From positions 1 to 21,739 of the forward strand of contig JBMOFD010000029.1 of the NCBI GenBank assembly GCA_049314435.1: a stretch of DNA of 21,739 nucleotides, in the 5' to 3' direction. Origin of the DNA: Chlamydiia bacterium. GTDB lineage: Bacteria > Chlamydiota > Chlamydiia > Chlamydiales > JBMOFD01. Every line of letters begins with the position of its first letter. Position 1 is the stretch's first letter. Position numbers and translations under genes: made by a program. The notes under the pieces are model-generated. The model searched no databases, was not told the origin of the DNA, and saw nothing but the letters and a program-made list of their open reading frames with translations. Below are positions 17,539-21,739 of the stretch, one piece after another.

Positions 17539-17697
17539 AGGCTCTTGCGGCGGCATACTTTTCAAAATAGCAAAATTCTCCCGACGAATCTACGACACGG
17601 CCCAAGCTCTACTCCGCGCTTTAGCTGGAGGATTTTATCCTCCGGACCACCTGGGTGTGGGATCTGAAACAGGCTCCTTTGACCCAGGCGCTGCAAC

Positions 17698-17904
17698 TCA
17701 AGGCTGCAGCCAGACCTGTTCTCTTAGCCACTCTCGAAGCACCTCAACAGGCGTGTGTACTTCAACCGTCTGATTGGATGAGCGCTGTACTGCAACCCTT
17801 AATGCGGTCACTTCTAGCGAGAGGCACCAGACCCAATAGGCTAAGGCACAGAAAAGGAGAAAGCGTAACAAGGCGCGGTCTCTCCGTGTAGTGAGATCCA
17901 TCAT
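17698..17904 (-). CDS. Possible small single-pass membrane protein
   Basis: 68 aa: basic N-terminus (RRDR), one hydrophobic segment (ALLRFLLFCALAYWVWCLSL); fills the gap between pcnB and glmS. No recognised family. Confidence 0.35.
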   Translation of the reverse strand: MMDLTTRRDRALLRFLLFCALAYWVWCLSLEVTALRVAVQRSSNQTVEVHTPVEVLREWLREQVWLQP

Positions 17905-17965
17905 CGCTGTTTGTATCGTTTTTGCCTATGATACGCAAAGGGAATGATGGCTGGGAGGCAGGGCG

Positions 17966-19792
17966 ATGTGCGGAATTTTTGGGTATATAGGTGCACGCAA
18001 CGCGGCAAAGACCTGTGTCGCCGGGTTGAAACGACTGGAATATCGCGGCTATGACAGCGCCGGCATCGCCGGGGTGACGGGCGGCCATCAGATCGAATCG
18101 GTGAAAGAGGTCGGTCGCATCGTCGCACTGGAGGCGGCGTTGGGGTCAGAACCAAGAGAGTGGAGTGCGACGATTGCTCACACCCGTTGGGCCACACATG
18201 GCCAAGTCTCCCGTGAAAACGCCCATCCCCATTTCGACCACAACCATACGCTGGCCATCGTTCATAACGGCATCATCGAGAACCATCAGGAACTCCGCGA
18301 GCAGCTATCCCGCACTCAAATTCAGTGTTCTACGGGGACTGACACCGAGGTGATCGCGGAGTGGTTGGCTGCCAACTACCACGGTGATCCACTGGTCGCT
18401 GTGGCCACCACTGTTCGTCAACTGCAAGGGGCGTTTGCTTTAGCCATCATCCATCGCGATCACCCAGATTGGATCTACGTGGTCGCGCACGATTGCCCAC
18501 TCGCCATTGGTCAAGGAGAGGGCGAGTGTTTCATCGCGTCAGACGCTCGCGCCTTTGGCGAGCACACCCAGAGTGTGCACTTCCTCAAGCACGATGAGAT
18601 CGCCGCCGTCGGTCCCAATGGAGTGACCATCTACGATCTAGACCTGCGGCGTCGCCACCGCGCTCCCCAGCTAGTCGCTGCCCTACAGGAGACCATTTCT
18701 CGTGGTGGCTATGCCCATTACATGCTCAAAGAGATGCACGAACAGCCTCAGACGCTTCGAGACGCCCTCTTTGGGCGATTGGATCATCCTCAAGGCCCGA
18801 TCCTTCTTCCGGAGCTAGAGGGAGTTCCTTCAGTGGCGAGCCTCCCATCAAGACTTCTCTTCCTCGGGTGTGGCACGGCATACCATGCCGGGCTGCTCGG
18901 GTCTACATGGTGTGAAGAGCTACTCCGGATCCCTGCGCAAGCTGAGATCGGTTCAGAGTATCGCTACCGCAATCCGCTCGTAGATGCCTCGATGCTGGGC
19001 ATTGCCATCAGCCAATCGGGCGAAACGGCAGATACCCTCGCTGCGGTCAAGCATGCTCAGGAACTGGGCAGCTCGATTGTAGGGCTGTGTAATGTGGAGG
19101 CCTCCACACTCTGTCGGACGGCCGAGCCCACTCTGCTCTTAAGGGCCGGTCCGGAGGTCGGCGTAGCGTCCACCAAGGCATTCACCAGTCAGCTGGCGGT
19201 GGCTCTGCTTCTCCTTTTCTATCTAGGGCAGCAGAAAGGTGCGTCTGCAGAGCAGATTGCTCTACAGACGGAGCTGTTGCACATGCCTGCGCATCTGCAG
19301 CAGATCCTCTATCGCGCTGATGAGATCATGGCTGTAGGGCAGTCCCTAGCCAAGTATTCGCGTTTCTTCTTCATTGGTCGTCAGACCATGGTGCCAGTGG
19401 CTCTAGAAGGCGCCCTCAAGGTCAAAGAGATCGCCTATGTGGAGGCTCAGGGCTATCCCGCTGGTGAATTGAAGCATGGACCGATCGCGCTGATCGATGC
19501 ACAGACGCCTACGATTGCTCTCTGCTGCCACGGAGCCACCTACGGCAAGCTCCTCAGCAACCTCTCTGAGATCAAAGCGCGTGGCGGACCCATCGTGGCC
19601 ATCGCCTTCGAGGGCGATCCCCATCTAGAAGAGCTCGTGGATCAAGTGATTTACTTGCCGCGCGTGTCGGATCTTCTGGCGCCGTTCCCTGTCACTGTGG
19701 TGTGCCAGCTTCTGGCTTATTCGATTGCTCTAGCACGTGGCTGTGAGATCGATCACCCGAGGAACCTCGCGAAGTCCGTGACGGTCGAATAG
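17966..19792 (+). CDS. glmS: Glutamine--fructose-6-phosphate aminotransferase (isomerizing)
   Basis: MCGIFG N-terminus, LEYRGYDSAG, HTRWATHG, HNGIIEN, SQSGETADT, VASTKAFTSQ, GELKHGP and PRNLAKSVTVE C-terminus. Confidence 0.98.
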   Translation: MCGIFGYIGARNAAKTCVAGLKRLEYRGYDSAGIAGVTGGHQIESVKEVGRIVALEAALGSEPREWSATIAHTRWATHGQVSRENAHPHFDHNHTLAIVHNGIIENHQELREQLSRTQIQCSTGTDTEVIAEWLAANYHGDPLVAVATTVRQLQGAFALAIIHRDHPDWIYVVAHDCPLAIGQGEGECFIASDARAFGEHTQSVHFLKHDEIAAVGPNGVTIYDLDLRRRHRAPQLVAALQETISRGGYAHYMLKEMHEQPQTLRDALFGRLDHPQGPILLPELEGVPSVASLPSRLLFLGCGTAYHAGLLGSTWCEELLRIPAQAEIGSEYRYRNPLVDASMLGIAISQSGETADTLAAVKHAQELGSSIVGLCNVEASTLCRTAEPTLLLRAGPEVGVASTKAFTSQLAVALLLLFYLGQQKGASAEQIALQTELLHMPAHLQQILYRADEIMAVGQSLAKYSRFFFIGRQTMVPVALEGALKVKEIAYVEAQGYPAGELKHGPIALIDAQTPTIALCCHGATYGKLLSNLSEIKARGGPIVAIAFEGDPHLEELVDQVIYLPRVSDLLAPFPVTVVCQLLAYSIALARGCEIDHPRNLAKSVTVE

Positions 19793-19795
19793 CAA

Positions 19796-20380
19796 CTAGA
19801 AGGCGTAGCCGCCTTCTAGTTGTAGAACCGTTGGGAAGCCCACGCGTAGGCCAAAGAAGCCTGCACTTTGGTTCTTGCTGGCGTCCTGACTAAAGACCAC
19901 CATACGGAATCCGCCAGCGGGAAAGAACCAGCTAGAGGGGGATCCTGGTGCGTCGTTGAACATGGTATGGATCCAGGCCGCTCCCAAGTAGAGTCCTATG
20001 CTCACGCGCTGGGACACGTTCGTAAGATACCCATACGTCAGCTGCACGTTCGTGAAAAACCCGAACCATGATTGACCGTCCAACGCCACCTCATGGATGG
20101 TGCGGTCGTTGGGGCGGATGAATGCCCCGAAACTTAGAGAGGGACCGAAGGCGGAGATACCGGCTGCAAAGCGACCCTGGCCTGCGCTGCGACGGCGCAT
20201 CTTGAAAGGCTGCGGAGTGGTCAGCTGATCATCATCAGAGCTAGCTCTAGGTGTTGCAACAACCTCCACCGGTGGCACAGACTCCATTGGCGTGGTGCCA
20301 TCCGGTAGATCTGCCATAGCCGAGGGAGTTGTCCACCAGGCCGCCAGAGTGCAAACACATGCTGTTTTGAATCTGTTCAT
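19796..20380 (-). CDS. Hypothetical exported protein, probable small outer-membrane beta-barrel
   Basis: Signal-peptide-like start (MNRFKT...SAMA), alternating aromatic/Gly-rich strands, and C-terminal LEGGYAF (Y-x-F end, as in BAM beta-signals). Confidence 0.65.
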   Translation of the reverse strand: MNRFKTACVCTLAAWWTTPSAMADLPDGTTPMESVPPVEVVATPRASSDDDQLTTPQPFKMRRRSAGQGRFAAGISAFGPSLSFGAFIRPNDRTIHEVALDGQSWFGFFTNVQLTYGYLTNVSQRVSIGLYLGAAWIHTMFNDAPGSPSSWFFPAGGFRMVVFSQDASKNQSAGFFGLRVGFPTVLQLEGGYAF

Positions 20381-20476
20381 GTTCAACCTAGTTGTTGAGC
20401 AATTATTGTAGATCAGGTGCAAGTAAAGGCGTGTAATTAAATACGTGTTTATCGCGCTTTTGTAATAGTTGTTTTT

Positions 20477-20761
20477 TTAGTGTCGGTGATAAAAAATGAA
20501 GGCTGTGAACGCGTACCCACCCTCTAGCTGTAGCAAAGTGGGGAAGCCTGCCCGCAGGCCGAAGAAGGCAGAGGCTTGCTTCTTCTCTGCGGCCTGGCGG
20601 AAGGCCACAAGACGAAATCCGCCAGCCGGGAGTAGAACGGCTGCGCCGTCACAGACAAGCAGAACCACATACGCGGCACCTAGATAGGGTCCGATGCTCA
20701 CATGCGGAGAGACGTTGAAAAGATAGCCATAGGTGAGCCGGATACTGCTATAGAACAGCTC
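20477..20761 (-). pseudogene. N-terminally truncated paralog of the 19796-20380 gene
   Basis: ELFYSSIRLTYGYLFNVSPHVSIGPYLGAAY...PAGGFRLVAF...FFGLRAGFPTLLQLEGGYAF(TAFIFYHRH*) aligns by eye with the C-terminal half of the downstream gene. It has no signal peptide and has lost the stop after YAF. Confidence 0.75.
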
Positions 20762-21739
20762 TCAGTTGCTATTGTATGGCAGGAGGCTCACATCGGGCAT
20801 AGTTGCCTTGGTCAAAAGACCTACCGGCGGGGCCTCCTCAAAATGTGGGCCCTCTAAGAATAGAGAAAGGTCCCGGGCATGTAGTGTTTGATAAAGCCGC
20901 TCGCGAGCTGCAGGTGCCAATTGCCTCTTGTCAGCTCTAGGAAAGACTAAAAGTGATGGGAGGGTTTCTGGAGGAAGCCGCGTCAGTAGATGAGCCAAAA
21001 TTCCTGGATCAGCGCTTAATTCGGCAGCACCATGGAGTACGTTCCATCCCTCAGTATCCAGCGCCAGCGCATGCATCTGAATTTGCTCTAAAGAGAAAAT
21101 CGACGGGTCAAGAAATAGGTTGATGAGCTCTCTGCTTCCACAGATAGTCGCAAGCTGAAGTAAGGTGCACCCTCCATGACGCGGCTCGAGCAAGGTAGAG
21201 GGGGATAGATTTGCTATAGAGAATTCAACTAGACACCGTACGAGGGAGAGCTCCTTCTGAGAGACAGCCTCGACTAGAATGGATTGGAGTGCTTTCTCCA
21301 ATCGCAGAGAGCTCTCCTCCGAGTCAATCATGGACCCCAATGACATCGTCAGGAATGGCAGCAAAACTACACCAGCTTGGACCAAGGCGATCAAAAAAGA
21401 CGGTGGCTCTGAGAGCGCGTAGGTCAAAACACTAGGACGGATCGCACCAAAGGTCAAAAGCTCATCGGCCTGATCTTTTGAAAGCCCATTTAAAATAATC
21501 TGAAGAAAGAAGACGTTCTTTGTATAGATGGAGGAATGTATTGCAGCGACGATAGCTTCTAGGGGGAGATTTCGAATGCTATTGTGTATCTTTCCGGATG
21601 TGTCCAGACAGCAATCACAAGCAGGTTGCGCCGCTCGATGAGCTTCGAACAAACAGACGCTTAGCAGGGTGTCCAGAGATGATGCTACTAGTCTGATGCA
21701 CTCTATAAGCTTGCCTTCTGTTGAACTGTCTTGTAGTAG
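20762..21739 (-). CDS. Ankyrin-repeat-containing hypothetical protein; 5' end lies beyond the window
   Basis: GCTLLQLATICGSRELINLFL and GWNVLHGAAELSADPGILAHLL are ankyrin-like repeats. The frame stays open from 21652 to the window edge (LLQDSSTEGKLIECIRL...). Confidence 0.6.
   Translation of the reverse strand, partial: LLQDSSTEGKLIECIRLVASSLDTLLSVCLFEAHRAAQPACDCCLDTSGKIHNSIRNLPLEAIVAAIHSSIYTKNVFFLQIILNGLSKDQADELLTFGAIRPSVLTYALSEPPSFLIALVQAGVVLLPFLTMSLGSMIDSEESSLRLEKALQSILVEAVSQKELSLVRCLVEFSIANLSPSTLLEPRHGGCTLLQLATICGSRELINLFLDPSIFSLEQIQMHALALDTEGWNVLHGAAELSADPGILAHLLTRLPPETLPSLLVFPRADKRQLAPAARERLYQTLHARDLSLFLEGPHFEEAPPVGLLTKATMPDVSLLPYNSN

Noticed and set aside
17560..17904. FtsL assignment for the small membrane ORF
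   Set aside because: The topology is loosely similar, but it requires an unverified frameshift and lacks the rsmH-ftsI context.
17905..17965. glmS ribozyme upstream of glmS
   Set aside because: No recognisable ribozyme core, and little room if the divergent small ORF is real.

Overview
Bacterial chromosome segment, most likely from an environmental, unusually GC-rich member of Chlamydiota. This is inferred from the class Ic nrdAB with multiple ATP cones, and from the neighbourhood of PreP protease, nrdAB, pssA, yceD-rpmF-plsX, lpxB, pcnB and glmS. It is mostly housekeeping, with four notable insertions or oddities. (1) nrdA carries a 378-aa LAGLIDADG intein (6112-7245) inserted exactly in the Q|GG specificity loop, so its +1 residue is Gly rather than the Cys/Ser/Thr needed for canonical splicing. 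(2) A ~415-bp internally deleted IS200/IS605 (TnpB) element keeps both ends and an apparently intact omega-RNA scaffold, and sits precisely on the stop codon of a small ORF. (3) Tandem NrdR boxes are followed by a ~250-nt hairpin-rich leader before nrdA. (4) There is a collagen-like surface protein gene, plus a beta-barrel-like gene with a headless paralogous copy in frame behind an ankyrin-repeat gene. All family assignments come from motif recognition by eye; no searches were run.
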